From Antedon mediterranea (taxonomy: Eukaryota > Animalia > Echinodermata): DNA of 64,000 nucleotides. Location: assembly GCF_964355755.1 (NCBI RefSeq), contig NC_092676.1, positions 3,015,888 to 3,079,887 of the forward strand, in the 5' to 3' direction. Under the pieces are notes generated by a model. The model did not search any database and was not told where the DNA came from. It saw only the letters and a list, made by a program, of their open reading frames with translations. This document shows positions 25,101 through 40,100 of the stretch, one piece after another (positions within the stretch are counted from its first letter, which is position 1; each line of letters begins with the position of its first letter). Both the position numbers and the translations under genes were made by a program.

Positions 25101-28100
25101 CGTACACATTACTAAACTAACTGCATGGGTCAAAACAATGCACTATTACAAACATTAACAACGAACTTGTGCTGTTTTTACATCCTAAAATAAGAATATT
25201 CATAAAGAAATGAATACCTGGCGGAATGCATCAATAGTAACCCATAGAAGACAACAAAGAGGTGATGTGTGTACCAAAACAACTCATAATGAACTAATCT
25301 GAAATCAGAAAATATTAAAATAAAAAAATATATATTATACATAATATAACTCATAGACTCATCAAAACCAAGGATTGCCTAAAGATGTATATTCCACCTA
25401 AACAAATTTGTTGAATTTTTTTTTGTGAATATGCCATTTTAATGTCGCATAATAGTTATTCACTTTGACCAAAAATTGGATCGAAAAAACATTACCTGAA
25501 AAAACTGTATTTTAAAGCAAAAAAGTAGTCAAATTGGCTGCCAGCCAATTGATTTTTGGTTGAATTTAACTGTTTTATTATTTTTTTAAATAAGAGAAAA
25601 CATTTTTTTCCTACGGAAGTGATTAACTTTATTAAAGCTTTAAAATAACCTATTCAAAGTCTGTTTAATTAATATTCATTTTCATGTTTTTGGGGGACAA
25701 TACATCTTTAAACAAGAAAACCAGTCCTTGGGTTTCTTCCCACGTTTCGTAAAATACATGTAAAGCAGTTAATTTTACAATTGTTATCATCCCCCAACCC
25801 CACCCGCCACTGTGGCAAACCAAATGATTGTCAACAGAGAGGAAACATGTGAAAAATGACATATACAAAAAGACAACATTACTAAAAAATGTCATGTCAT
25901 GCATATTTTAAGGAAATAAGATGACTATTACTCCAAGATATTAAGACAGATGATTAGTTGTCATTTCCAATAAAATATTGATAGCATTATTGACCACACA
26001 GATTGATCACAAAACCTCCACCGTCAATTATTACGTCATCTTCGTATACCATGCAGAACCTCATTTAAGTATAGCCTAGTCGCACCTGGTTGAATTGAAT
26101 TGATCTAGAGGGCCCAGTTATGATCAGTTTTCGTTTGTTAATATTTATTTATACTGGGCGACCTCTTCAGATAAAGACTGTTCTCCCTGAGGGCTCAGTT
26201 ATGATCAGGGGCTGTGATGTACTAGACTAGTAGGCCTACACCGCGGTAACCCCCTACTCGTCTCAAAAGATGTACTAGGTTCTTTAAAGTGTACATGAGC
26301 TAGTATTGTTATACGATAGTTATTTTGTGTGTGTTACGAATTGTGACGTCACGGTTAAATGATGAAAAAAATCTTTTACCTTACGTGTTTCGACGAAGCT
26401 ACGATAATTAGAACCAGGATGAGCACCATCAGAACACCCGTCAGGCCAGGAACTATAGTGGCGATAAAATAAGAATTGAATAAATGATTAGAAACCAATG
26501 TGTGCGTCATAATGATCGATTTCTGTCCGACAGCGCATGTTCGACTACGGCTTACAATTATGTTCACACATATAGCGTAAGGCTAGCGTAACGTACGCCT
26601 TCGCGAATTTTTGCATGTGACTTCAGTAGGCTACGCCACGTCGTTGGTAATAAGGCTAGCGTAACGTACGCCTTCGCGACTGTTTGCATGTGACTTTAGT
26701 GGCGTTGTGAAAGCCACTCACTACGCCACGTCGTTGGTAATGGTATTGTGTATGACAGGCCTGCCCGCAGATCGACTACAGCTTTATCAAATGGAGCTTC
26801 TTTAAATTTTGATATATGTATAGTCAAAATACAAAATATATAACATAATTTCTTTCTTCGCCTATATCTAGACAATATTATTTCAGTTGTGTAGTAATAG
26901 GTCTATAGGAGTAGTAATAGGCATAATAGAGTAATGGTACGCCTATAGTAGTAGTAATAATATTTGGTTCCGTCCTGAGGGCCCTGGATGAAAACATATC
27001 GTATTTTATATATGCGCGTGCTGAACCGTGTTTCTAATATAAATAGTTGATGAGCTTGTTAAATCGAATCTTTGGGCTTGAGGCATAAGAGTAACATAAG
27101 ACTTAAATTGTAGCGATAAGAACCAAAACGTTTCCGTTAAGGTTAAGACTATCGCCGAACCCTTTTACCCTGTCACTGGATTCAAGCTCTTTTGGATGAC
27201 TTTCATTTAGCCCCGTGGCTTATGGAGATAATAATGTAATTTAGTTCATCAATCATGCGTACGATTTAGGCTAATTTAAGGTTATGTTTAGTTTACTTAA
27301 CATTATAGGTCATTTAAAAATATAACATAATAATGTATTCGGTCAAGTGCGTTAAAGTAATGTAGTTCATGTGAAGTGTAGTAGGCGAAACGTCATATTG
27401 TGTAGCACTACTAAAACAGTGTTGACATGAAATTATGATGTTTTTCCAATTTTGTATTAATATTTACATTGTTAGAAAGGCCTTTGAAAAAATACTCTTG
27501 TGTAAAGCTCTGTCCACACTATCAAACTAGTTTGACAAACAGGTATGATGTGCCCAAATATGGTAGTGATGTGCCCAAATATGGTAATGACATGTCCAAA
27601 TATGGTGGTGATATGATATCATCATGTCCATATTATTATCACATCACATTTTTTGTAGAACAGTCGGCTATTTTATGGTCAGTCGGTCTATGCGTCAGTT
27701 TGTCGATCAATCTGAGATATCGTGATTAATAATTTACCGTATATACGTACCTGTACAAAATAGTATTCGAAATGGTTCCTAAAAGTTAATAGAAAAAAGG
27801 TTGTTTTACAATTTTAAGCATAAGCAGATACATTTAGAATCCCAAGACATTACACCATTATTACATACAATGAATAACATTAAATAGGTTACCATGTACT
27901 AATTTTGCGTTTCAATTGTGTAATTGTTCGCATAATTGCGTTGACAGGTGTTTACAATATATCACATTTCTATTGTAAACGATTTATTGCGTTTCAAAAT
28001 ACGTCAGCATTTAAGTACTTATTATACGTTGATAGATTTAAAATAAATTGTGTTTATGTTAAAGTAGATAACTTTTTAAATAAATATAAATAGACAAGTA

Positions 28101-31100
28101 GTGATGACGCATTTAAATTGCTAATAATAGGGGAATCTATCATGTTGTTATTACTACCTCTTTCAAATATTAAGTCTTCAAACAATCATTTCATATAATT
28201 TACGTTTTTTAGCACTCAATAAATAAACGCTGAATAATGCGATTTATTCTATTTTATATTCTGGAATAATGTGCCTATGTCAAGTTGTATACAAAAGATC
28301 AACATGTGACATCACAAAGAGGCAAAATGTTGACGCGCGCGTACACAAATCGTACCATTTCATATAATTTAGCACTCAATAAAAATTTACTGAATAATGC
28401 GATTTATTCTATGTTATATTCTGGGATAATGTGCCTATGTCAAGTTGTATACAAAATCAGATCAACACGTAACACCACCAAGAGGCAAAATTTCGACGCG
28501 CGCGTACACAACCATTTTTATCAGTATTTGAACGCGTCAAGTGTGCATACCTTTGTGTCGCTGACGAATTATTTCTGCACTTCTCTAAAAACATATACAT
28601 GGTTTATATATATTTAGTTTAGCCATGGATATAATACAACAATGCAATAAATCATTATTTTATCCATGGTTTAAAACAGGTAACATTTAGAAAACAATTA
28701 TTATATGGGGATGGGATTTCAAACAGAATTTTAAAAGTGTGCAATATCCAACTATGTCCAATTTTTACTCATATTTTTAATATTATTTTTAGAAATGTTA
28801 CTGTTCCACGCATATGGAAAACTTCTATCATAAATCCATTGCCTAAAGTTAATAAACCTAGTGTACCAAAAGATTTTAGACCAATTGCAATTACTTCAAA
28901 TTTAATGAAATGCTTAGAAAGGTTGATTGTTTCTAGACTTAAGGAAAATATTGGTAATGCAGATAAGAATCAATTTGCATACAAGAAAAATAGAAGGGTT
29001 GAAGATGCTGTTAATTCTTATCTCCATGATACATATCATCACCTTGATTCAAAAAGAAATTATGTACGGTCTATATTTTTCGATTTCTCCAGTGCTTTTA
29101 ATACTATTTTACCACATGTTTTAATTGATAGATTATTAAGTTTTAATGTCTCACCTCAGCTCACCAAAGTTATATATAGTTTTTTGATTAATAGACCGCA
29201 GATGGTTAAGTGCAATGGTATCCTATCCAACAAAGAATCTACCAGTGTTGGAGCTCCTCAAGGATGTGTTATCTCTCCAATTTTGTTCTCTTTTTATTCT
29301 AGTAGTTTTAATATTTTAAGCAAAGATTGCAATATTGTAAAATACGCTGACGATACTGTAATTAGTGGTTTTCTTTGCGATAGTAAGCATAATGTAAATG
29401 AATTTGTTAATGAAGTTGGAAGATTTGTTAATTGGTGTGAAGATATGAACTTAATACTTAATATTACTAAAACCAAAGAGATGATAATAGATTTTCGTAA
29501 AACTGCAGTTGAACATAATGTAATAACTATTAAAGAAACCGAGGTTAAAAGAGTAACCCAATACAAATACTTAGGTACTATAATTGACAACAAATTAAAA
29601 TGGGAGTCAAACTCTCTCATGATTTCCAAGAAGGCATCTCAAAGGCTCTACTTTCTCAGAAAACTCAAGCAAATTAGAGTTGATAACACTATTTTAATTC
29701 TATTTTATCAAAGTATTATTCAAAGTATTTTATCTTTTAGCATTGGATGTTTTTATGGTAACTTTACTGAAAATGATAAGAAAAATATTGAGAGACCACG
29801 TAAAATTGCACAACGTATTATTAAAGCTGATCTTACGCCTTGTTCATTTATCTATGAAAAGAGTATTCTAAAAAAAGTAAACAATATTATGAAAGACCCC
29901 ACTCATCCGTTACATTACTGTTATAACTTAAATAGATCAGGCATTAGGCTACGACCTCCAAGAGCAAATCTTTGTAGAACTAGAAAATCCTTCGTTGTAA
30001 ATAGCATTCATATTTTTAATTCTAATGTAAGACGTTAATACAATTTTTAATAGTTTTACATTTTTAACAGTATTTTTAACTTTTTATCTTGTATTTTTAA
30101 TCTGTTATAATACTGCACGTTTTTAAATTGTTGCAATATTGTTGTTTTAATCTACCAAGCAAAGTGAATTTCCATTTTTATGGACAAATAAAATTTCTTG
30201 AATCTTGAATCTTGAATCTTATAGATACCCTCAGTGCAAATTCGTTTACTTTTGTCTAGTGGGAACAAAAATAAGACATATACCTCGTTTTGCTTTGTCG
30301 CTACGTTTACCTCGACGACATCGTCATTGTAGTAGATAGTGAAATTAACGGCATTCATTACATGTGCTGTACAGTGCACGGCTAAATAAAAAAAAAAATG
30401 AAGATTCAATTTTGTTATTAAGATAGATATACTTATATTTTCTTTGAAAGTTAGATTATGTACATCTGTCAACACACATGTAATATAATGCTAATGTAAG
30501 CTTGGTTCCCACTAGAACGTAAACGCAACGCAAGCGTTTTAACCAATGACAAGAGAAGTTATAGACAGTTAGCAATCACAAGCGAATAAGCCATCGCTTG
30601 TGATTGGTCAATTCACTTGCGTTGCGTTACGTCCTTGCGTTGCGTCGCTAGTGGGAACCACGCTTTAGCTAGGCTCCCTTTGACAAAGGGGCGTACGCGC
30701 AAAGCAATCAAGTTGGCCAGTCACAAGCGACGACAGTAAAGCTTGGTTCCCACTAGCGACGCAACGTAACGCAATCTACGCAACGTAAGAAAAATGCCCT
30801 TCCAATCATTGTGTTTGGTCCCACCTGCGTGAAATCAAACCTGCGACTTTTGCAGCATTGTTGCGTCGTCGGTTTCCACTTGTTATTACGCAACACAGAA
30901 CCTTGTGTCGATACGTCGCTCTGCGTTTCGTTCTAGTGGGAACCATGCTTTAGTTGTTCGGATCGTCCTATCGCGTCGTGATTGGTCAACAATTACTTGC
31001 TTCACGTTTTCTTGCATTGCGTCGTCGAGTGCGAACCAAGCTCTAGTGTGTACACAGCAGTAGGGCTTGTAGTCAAAGTACAATGGAAGTAGTTACATAG

Positions 31101-34100
31101 GGCAATAATTTCAATTTGTACGTTATTATTACATAGTAAAATTAATAAGTCAGCAACATACACATTTATCTCGAGTGCACACTCATTATTATGACTTACA
31201 TTTTAATAGACGTGTAGGCCTATCATTAACTTAACTTTTAATAAATGTTGACAATATAGATTTATGAACGTAACTTTTACGTCAATTTCTGTTTAAAAGT
31301 AGACTGACATCTTCCTCACAAATTATGATTTTAACAAAACATAATACCACAAAATGTGTTCTTGATCAATAATTTGGTTTGATTTTAAAATGAAATGGAT
31401 GTGGTTTAACTGAATTAATCATGCGTGCAACCCAATGACGTCATATTTAGCTTTCTTTTAAAGACATTTATGATGTTCGAACAAAAGATATTAAAAAAAT
31501 TAAATGAAAAATGGCGATGCAAAAACTATAGAAATCTTGGAATTATATTTCATAAAATTGGAATTGAAAACTTTTCAAATCCAATGTTTATTTTTAAGTA
31601 GCTAAATTTAGATGGATGGGCGACTCACTTTGTTCTTAAGCTCTGTCCACTATAAAACTTTATGTGACAAAAAAATGTTATGTGCCCATTATATGGGCCA
31701 CCTTTGGTTATATTACTACTACTACTATATTTGATCACATCACAGTTTTTTTGTCAAACAAGTTTGATAGTGTAGACAGAGCTTTACGACTTACCGGCAG
31801 CTAAACAAATTAATACGGCACACAGTACGTGTAGTATAACACCCCGGTCAAGACATCGTCTGGCGTACCGCTTAGCCTGAGATAGAAGAAGAAAGGCGAT
31901 AAGTTAAACATTACATGTCCACATTCACATGTTCCTATAGATAACTAAATGATAAAACGCTACCTATTAAAGATTATATTCGTATTCCCGAAAAGGAACA
32001 CGGCATCGATAATATTACAAATGATAATCTAATGCACCGTTTTCAGAAAATATGTGCTCCAAATGACCATTTTTTTCGTCTGAGTTTGACGATCCTCATG
32101 TACAATTGTGGATAGACAATTCTATATTTCATAACTTTATAGCCCTGTGGGTTAATTACTACTACAGTACAACCCCTCTAAAGCGTGGTTCCCACTAGCG
32201 ACGCAACACAAGGACGTAACGCAAGTGAATTGACCAATCACAAGCGATGGCTTATTCGCTTGTGATTGCTACTGTCCATAACTTCGCTTGTCATTGGTAA
32301 AAACGCTTGCGTTGCGTTTACGTCCTTGCGTTACGTTCTAGTGGGAACCAAGCTTTAAGCTTGGTTTCCACTAGGACGCTACGCAAGGACGTAAGCGCAA
32401 CGTAAAGCGTGGTTCCCACTAGCGACGCAACACAAGGACGTAACGCAACGCATGTGAATTGACCAATCACAAGCGATGGCTTATTCGCTTGTGATTGCTA
32501 ACTGTCTATAACTTTGCTTGTCATTGGTTAAAACGCTTGCGTTGCGTTTACGTCCTTGCGTTACGTTCTAGTGGGAACCACGCTTGAGTAACTTGACCAA
32601 TCACAAGCGATGGATTATCCAAACTGTCGCTTGTCATTGTCAATCCTTGAGTTGCGTCCTAGTGGGAACCAAGCTTTACAAGACACCGTCTCCTAAAGCT
32701 TGGTTCCCACTAGAACGTAACGCAAGGACGTAAATGCAACGCAAGCGTGTTGACCAATGACAAGCGAAGTTATAGACAGTTAGCAATCACAAGCGAATAA
32801 GCCATGCCATCGCTTGTGATTGGTCAATTCACTTGCGTTGCCTTACGTCCTTGCGTTGCGTCGCTAGTGGGAACCACGCTTTAATAGGGATGTCCGATCC
32901 CCCGAATATGGGTTGGCCGAGTGTTAAAAACAAACATTTCCCCGTTCGTTTAATTCACGGAAAAGTGTCTTATTCGAACCGGGATGTCCTTTGAATAGAG
33001 AGTTTCACTTATATCACAATAGAATATTCGACAGTAGTAGTTTGTACAGAGAGAAAGACCTTTCATTCACAGTTTAATCCTTTGTACAGACTGAAATATA
33101 ATTGCATATCGCATGTCAGACGGTACATGATTTGTATGATATCTGTATTAGGTATTCGCGCGCGGACTGAATAGTGTTAACGTAGTGTCGACGTTCTATA
33201 AACATCAGGCGACCCTGTGGAGTGGCCGCTAGACTTTGATGCAAATACTATTTATCTTTGAAGGTTTTAAATGGCTCTATTTGAGGTTTAATACATAAAC
33301 GTTTATTTAACATCGTATACGACGATACTTTACAGGTAGAAACAAAATGTAAATACATAAAAGAGTGGGTAATGTGATTTATTGAACTCAAGTAGGTTTG
33401 TTTGAAATATCGTTTAACGTGTTGAAAACACTGTCTCCACTAACGAAAATAATGTAATATCTATTTATATGAGATACCTATAACTCAAAACATGTTAAGG
33501 TTCTCGTTATAATTGATTGAGTTCACAAAGTCCGCAACAGTGTGGATTTAAGGGGTTCAATTCCGTCACCCTCTTGGAAAAAAAACTTTCTCAGTCTGTT
33601 GTAATTGTTGTTTCGTATGGCGCGCCAAGCTGTCATTTATTCAAGCAATAGAGATACAACTAAGATATCTTTATTTCCGAATAAATGACAGCTTGACGCG
33701 CCATAGTTTCGGTTACTTGCTCATTGTTTCCTATACCACTGGCCAGTTATCTTTTATTAACAGAAGGGGTGAATATGGTTTCCGAACAAGGGACACTTTG
33801 TGCTCAGTATAATTGGCCAAGAAATGCCTTTAAACATTATTTCCCTGTTAAGTGGTCTGAAGTTATATATCAATATTTCAAATACATGGAAGGTGTATCC
33901 GGTAGGTGTGATTTATGTGGCTCATACGTGTCTTCATATTACGCCTAATTAAAAAATGTACTAACAGTACGTTAAATTTGAAAAACGTTGCCAAAATTCG
34001 ATATATAGTTCGATTTATGTCCGAAGTGGCGCTTTCGTTTAACAGGTCGGTTGTAACAAATGTAACGGCCACTATTTGTTTATGTGTTTTGTCGCAGTTA

Positions 34101-37100
34101 AAACGCTACATCGTACCACAATATCGCCGCCTCTGTGTCTCATAAGCTCTGCCGAATCTGTGGAATGGTGGTAGAAAGGCAAGTGATGGTACAACCATTG
34201 GTGAATTTAACAAACGCTCTTGATGGCACATTTTCTTCTTTGATTGGTTGATCAAATTGGTTGAAATTTCCAAATGCAGTATATAACCAGGGACAGTTTA
34301 CCATGATGCGTTTCCCAAAAATAACTTTAGAATGAATATGCATTCCTTCAACAATTGAATCCACTGAAGCAACATTAACTATACTTTTATAGGAATGTTT
34401 TTGTCGGCGTTATCAGTGTAATCTACCGCATCCTAATTCCGACTATTGTTAGGCCTACTTACGAGTCGTGAACCTCTGCACAAGGAGACAATGCACCGGC
34501 ACATTGGCAGCAAGATCATGGCACAATTGAGGTTTAAAACTGCGGCACTGCCTCTCGATATGCACAAACCAAGCTGAAACATTAACCATGATAATATTTT
34601 GATATGATATTCAAAGATCATCGTTACTATTGTCATTCAGCTTTCGTCGTTGTCATCATATTCGTCGTCGTCATCATAATCGTCGTCGTCACCATAATCG
34701 TCGTCGTCATCATAATCGTTGTCGTCATCATATAATCGTCGTCGTCATAATCGTCATCACAATCGTCATAAACGTCATATATGTCATGTCATCATAATTG
34801 TCATCGTCATCATAATTGTCATCGTCATCATAAACTTCGTTATCATAGTTATCATCATAAACATAATCATCGTCGTCATCATCATCATCATCATCATTTC
34901 TTTACGCACTTTCCCAACACTAACACTACCTACAAGAGATCGTACAGTACAGTGGTACCCTAATGATCGAAGATTAGGATAAACGGAGAACGGAACACGA
35001 TCTGTACCTCTCCATCATAACTATTATCATCCATTCATCCCTTAAAACATAAAGAATACTGTAATGTAGGCCTGTCATACTGTACTTTTTATCTTTATTG
35101 TATCTGGCATATTTCAATAACCAATTAGGTCACTGCATATTTTTAAGGTTTAGGTGGATATAATTTTTCGATTGAATAGAAAAAAGAAACCCAAATTGTT
35201 TTCAAATCGTTATGGTACCGGTATAGGTAGGCCTACAGGACACAATAGTTTAACCATGACTTAATTGAGTCATTAGACGGGGAGCAAACAAATTTGTTTG
35301 TCTAACAACCGGATTATCATACCGTTACGGTATGCATGGCCAAACTCAAGGCTTGTAAATATTATTATCTATTTGTTGCGATGTGCGACCATTGCAGAGC
35401 CGCTTATTGAGCTTACAAAATGTCCTATTGGCGCCCCATAATCCACAATTGAAATAGAAATATCGGCAAGGTATTACAACGTTAATTATAACGACGGTGA
35501 TGTAATACATTTTGTCTGATAAAATTGTTTACCGTAATAATAGGTATGTGTTGATTAATCGAAAAATGTTGTGGTTTTGAAAGATTAAAATTTCTGACAG
35601 TTACGGTAATGGAAAATAAGGATAAAGGACATCCTTTCTACCGTGCTTTGGTTAAAATAGTTTGTTTCATTTTCAAAGTCCTGTTTTCAATTTTTGGATG
35701 CGCGCGTACTAAAGATGTACCATTTTAATCAACTTTTGAACGCGCGCGTACGAACAATATATGGTTTTAACCAACTTTTGAACGCGCGCGTAATAAAGAT
35801 CAAGCGTACATCAGCATTTGGATGCGCGCGTACAAGCGATGTATCATCGTGCTTTCACTGGTGGTGATACTACAAACAAGACAACGTTGTATTTCAATTA
35901 ATATTATCGTCCGTTTTTATAACTACAATTTCAGTTCATACTGGAATAGTATTCTTAATTGTCAAAAGTGTGTAAAGGTGAAACTCCATCTCAAAAAGTT
36001 GAGAAGTGTAAAAGCAAATTTAATTGACGTCACACTTTAGAATTCTTAACATAGTTTTGGAAGGCTATTTTTTTTTTCAATCGACATCAAGTAGTATTTT
36101 TTATAGATAGTTTGATTATAAATACATTATGATCAGACTTGGCTAAAAGTGCACTTGGCGTCACAGTACTCGTATCAATTTGCCAATGTTTGTTTACAGA
36201 TCAGGTACTGTAATACATTAAAGAATTAAAATAATACTGTTATTATAAAATAAATCTTTCTTGGTGGTGGCGGAAAAAAATATTGGGTGAAAGTTTACGG
36301 AACTAATTTCTGTTGAAAGATATTACAAAGTATCGCTTATTGCACCAATAGTTATTAATGATGTGTCGGGGTATTTATCGCACATTTTGTGTCTCTATTT
36401 ATCTGCTGTTATGGTAAATTTTATTATCCTAAGACAATCTAAAAACCGCCTTTACGTGAAATTAGGATTTGCGCAGAGATAAGGCCAGTTTACACATACG
36501 AGCGGTAATGCTAAGCGCAAAACCGCGTGGCTTGTCCCATGTAGAATCTGTATATCTTATAGTGCGACCGTCTGGGGACACTTGGCGACGATCGCCCACA
36601 TGCTAATGAGTACGAGGGTCCGTCCTGTCGTATAGCACACTCCGGGTACTTAGTTTGTCGTGAGTAACTCGCGAGTACTGTATGTACTGTAAACGGATAG
36701 GATACGCGAGTACCGGTACTGTACCATCATAGACGCACTGGGGCGCCACGACGCATTAGCCGCCATTCTTTTGTCCAAATCTCAAATTTGTTCAGTGGGC
36801 CTAGCGTACTTACCCCTAACATTTCTCTCAAATAGTGATACTTAGGATGCAGTTTAAATTCGTAGTATTTAAAAAAGAACAAAATGCCATTTAATGAGCA
36901 CCAGAATATCTGAAAGAAAAATGTGATATGCCTACATTAATCAATTAATACGGAAAATGGTCTAATGATAATTTTACTCTTAAATTCAACAATTGTAATA
37001 TATGAATTATTTAAAAGCTGTACGTATTTTATACGACAGCAAACAGCAACGTATACTTTATTAATATTATTTATTAATAAGGCCTATTTAAATTTGACCT

Positions 37101-40100
37101 CTTCCTACAGTGCATCCTGGGAACTTTTTTGGATCAACCTGGGCCCTGTCAAACTTGCAAAGTAAAAATCAATTAAACAAGGCAACTATGACAATGGATA
37201 TGTTACCAATTATCAAACAGCTGATTTGAACAGGAAAATATAGGGAACGTGATGTTTCCTCAATAGTGACACGATTAAAACGTGAGCTAGTGCTGTTAAA
37301 TACGTGAAGCCTACATTATATGTATAATGTCAACTGTATAACATTCACGGTAATGTTATATTAACAATGAATGTATTATTCGATGTCCCGTCGAGTGGAC
37401 AGAACTATCTTGTTTTACACCCCCATACAGATTTGGTAATCAAGCCCCTTAAGACGGTAATATTGCGGTAATTCATGAACGCCGGCCTAGGTAAAAACCC
37501 CTTATTGCCGGTTTCGGTTAGACCGCCTCTGGACCTTTCGGTAATATATTACCGTCATAAGCCTGTAATGCATTAGATGCAATTATTTATGATATAAATA
37601 TGAATGCTTTCACGTAATATGTGTCACTCGGAACCAATGTGTTTTTTTATTGCGTCATTTTTTAAATCCCAGGCCAGTCTAGGTCTTTTGTTATTTTGAT
37701 AGCCGTTTATTGGTGTCATTATTCGTGTTGGCCTACAGAACGTACCAGGGAAAACAACATGCCCAATAGTGTACCTAATGTTGTAATTCTGACATAACCA
37801 TTGACATGTGGATTTACATAGGCCTAGGAGCAAACGATGGTTTTAATCAATTGCTAAACTAGGTCAGATTTTTAATGCAATCAAGGCATTGCAAATTGGC
37901 CTGCTGGCGGGTAAGACTGTACTAGAAATCCCGGTATCCTTATTGTGGTTAATCCGAACAAACTTGTATGTTTGCAGTGTTACTTTATAATACAGTGTGT
38001 TTAAATGTCCTTGTAATAGAATGGTAAATGTTTACAATTCAGTAGAAGAATAAAAGTCAAACGTAAATTGCCAATAAATAGTGCAAAGATAATTGTGATT
38101 AATCTTGATTGTTTTCATTGAATACATTGATTTGAATGTACGAACGATAACACAGTTTTCTGGTGTCACTGAAAATGCGTACTTACTTCGTACGACAATG
38201 GAGGTATAATTAAACTTCCATGGTATGACAATGTCGCGAAATTGATGGGTGGGGATGGATGCGAGCGGTATTTGACAGAAAAAATGTATAAATTCAAACA
38301 AATAAATTCACAAAATTAATGATAGGCCTACCAATAAAGTTGGGCTTGAACCATTGTCAGTCGTAGGCCTACTGGCATGTTATTTTTAGCACTGTAAGGC
38401 TTTATAGGCAGTAAGACAATGAAATCCATGTTTGTCATAATTGTAAACGATTTTAAGTTTAAGACAGTGACGAGATCAATTATTTTTTCTTTATCTAACA
38501 AATGTACTAAATGTAGACGTCCCCCGATCATTAAATTAAATTACAGTAATATATGTGAACATAGTTAATTCTAGGATTGTTTTGGTGTACTGTTCTCCTG
38601 CAGCGATGTAAAAAGAATGAATGTATTTAGGCCTCCATACATTTTGATTGACAGCGGAGTAGCTAGCTCGAGGGTATTGTTGAAATTATCAAAATGTCAA
38701 ACTTAACATGTCAACGTTGGTGGTATGAATCATGTAAATGAAATCATAACAATACACCAGTTGTTAGTAATATTAATAAGCCTACATGTTACATGGGTGC
38801 AATAAACAACGTTGAAGACCATGTCAAAATGATATTACTGCAGTTAAGCTTGGTTCCCACTAGAACGTAACGCAACGCCGTAAACGCAACGCAAGCGTTT
38901 TAACCAATGACAAGCGAAGTTATAGACAGTTAGTCAAGTCAAGTCAAGTCAAGTATCATTTATTATCATTTGTTTTAGGAAAAACATAGAAATTCTGTTT
39001 GCTCTGTTGGCGGAGCACAATATCCAACGGACACAACACGAACTAAAAAAACAAGAACATTACAAAAAAAAGTCTACATCATATTCAAGGCTCTAATAGA
39101 TCCTGGAAAGAAACTATTTGTAAATCGTGCCTTATTGGCCTTAATAGAACGAAATCGCCGACCGCTGCGCATCAACTGGAACATACTAGAGGCCGGATGA
39201 AAATGATCATCTTTGATAGCCACTGCCTTTTTCAGAAGACGATCCGAAAATATGTTCTCCAAAGGCAGTTGTGTAGATCCAATTATACGCGATGCGGTCT
39301 TGACTATTCTATTTGGTCACGCTTTTCATTTTCGCAATCACAAGCGATGTGTTAATGTAAAATAAACCACGAAATAGCCTAAGAAAACCGAATAAATTGA
39401 CCAAGACAACAGAAAAAAAATCATTATTGCATTAAAACAATGTAGTTACTGCAGTGACTGCAGTAGCATACATTTTACATACCTTAATGATCTACCGTAT
39501 GTTATGTGATGTTGATACTGTGATCATTATCATCATCATTATCATCACGCGTACGGCATGATACAAATAATTTGAAGTACATTTGATTTATAACATTTAC
39601 CGTACGTCATTTGATAATGATTTAAGATAATTGAGATAACAATCATAATCATCTATTTAAATATTGTATTAATTATTTGTATTATTGTTCTAGCTCTTCG
39701 GTGTTACAATACCTTTACTCTACTTTCCATACTGAGTGAAAAGTTTGACGAAGATTTGAAATAGGAAAAGTAATAGGCTTTTAGTGTTTAATAATAATTA
39801 ATATACGGACAGACGCTCGTGAGTATTTGAACTTAGCTTGTTAGTTAGTGTCATGTATAATAATGACATGTGTTGTTGTACATATGTACTTCCAACAAAT
39901 ATAGCAATTGGCAGTTTTTCATTAGGTCTCGTATAAATACGAGAAAAAAAACCTGACTCTACAACGAAATTATTTGACGTAAAGGTTGGTTCCCGTTATG
40001 ATGCAACGCAAGTAATTTGACCAATTGATCATCCGAACTGTCGCCTGTGATTGGTCAATTTGCTTGCGTTGCGCTTGAGTCCTTGTGTTGCGTCTAGTGG

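Noticed and set aside
27469-27729. ORF with DVPKYGS repeats
   Set aside because: It derives from the internal repeats of a family A MITE.
34719-34982. His-rich and Ile/Val-rich membrane-like ORFs
   Set aside because: Translations of a (CAT/CGT)n microsatellite.
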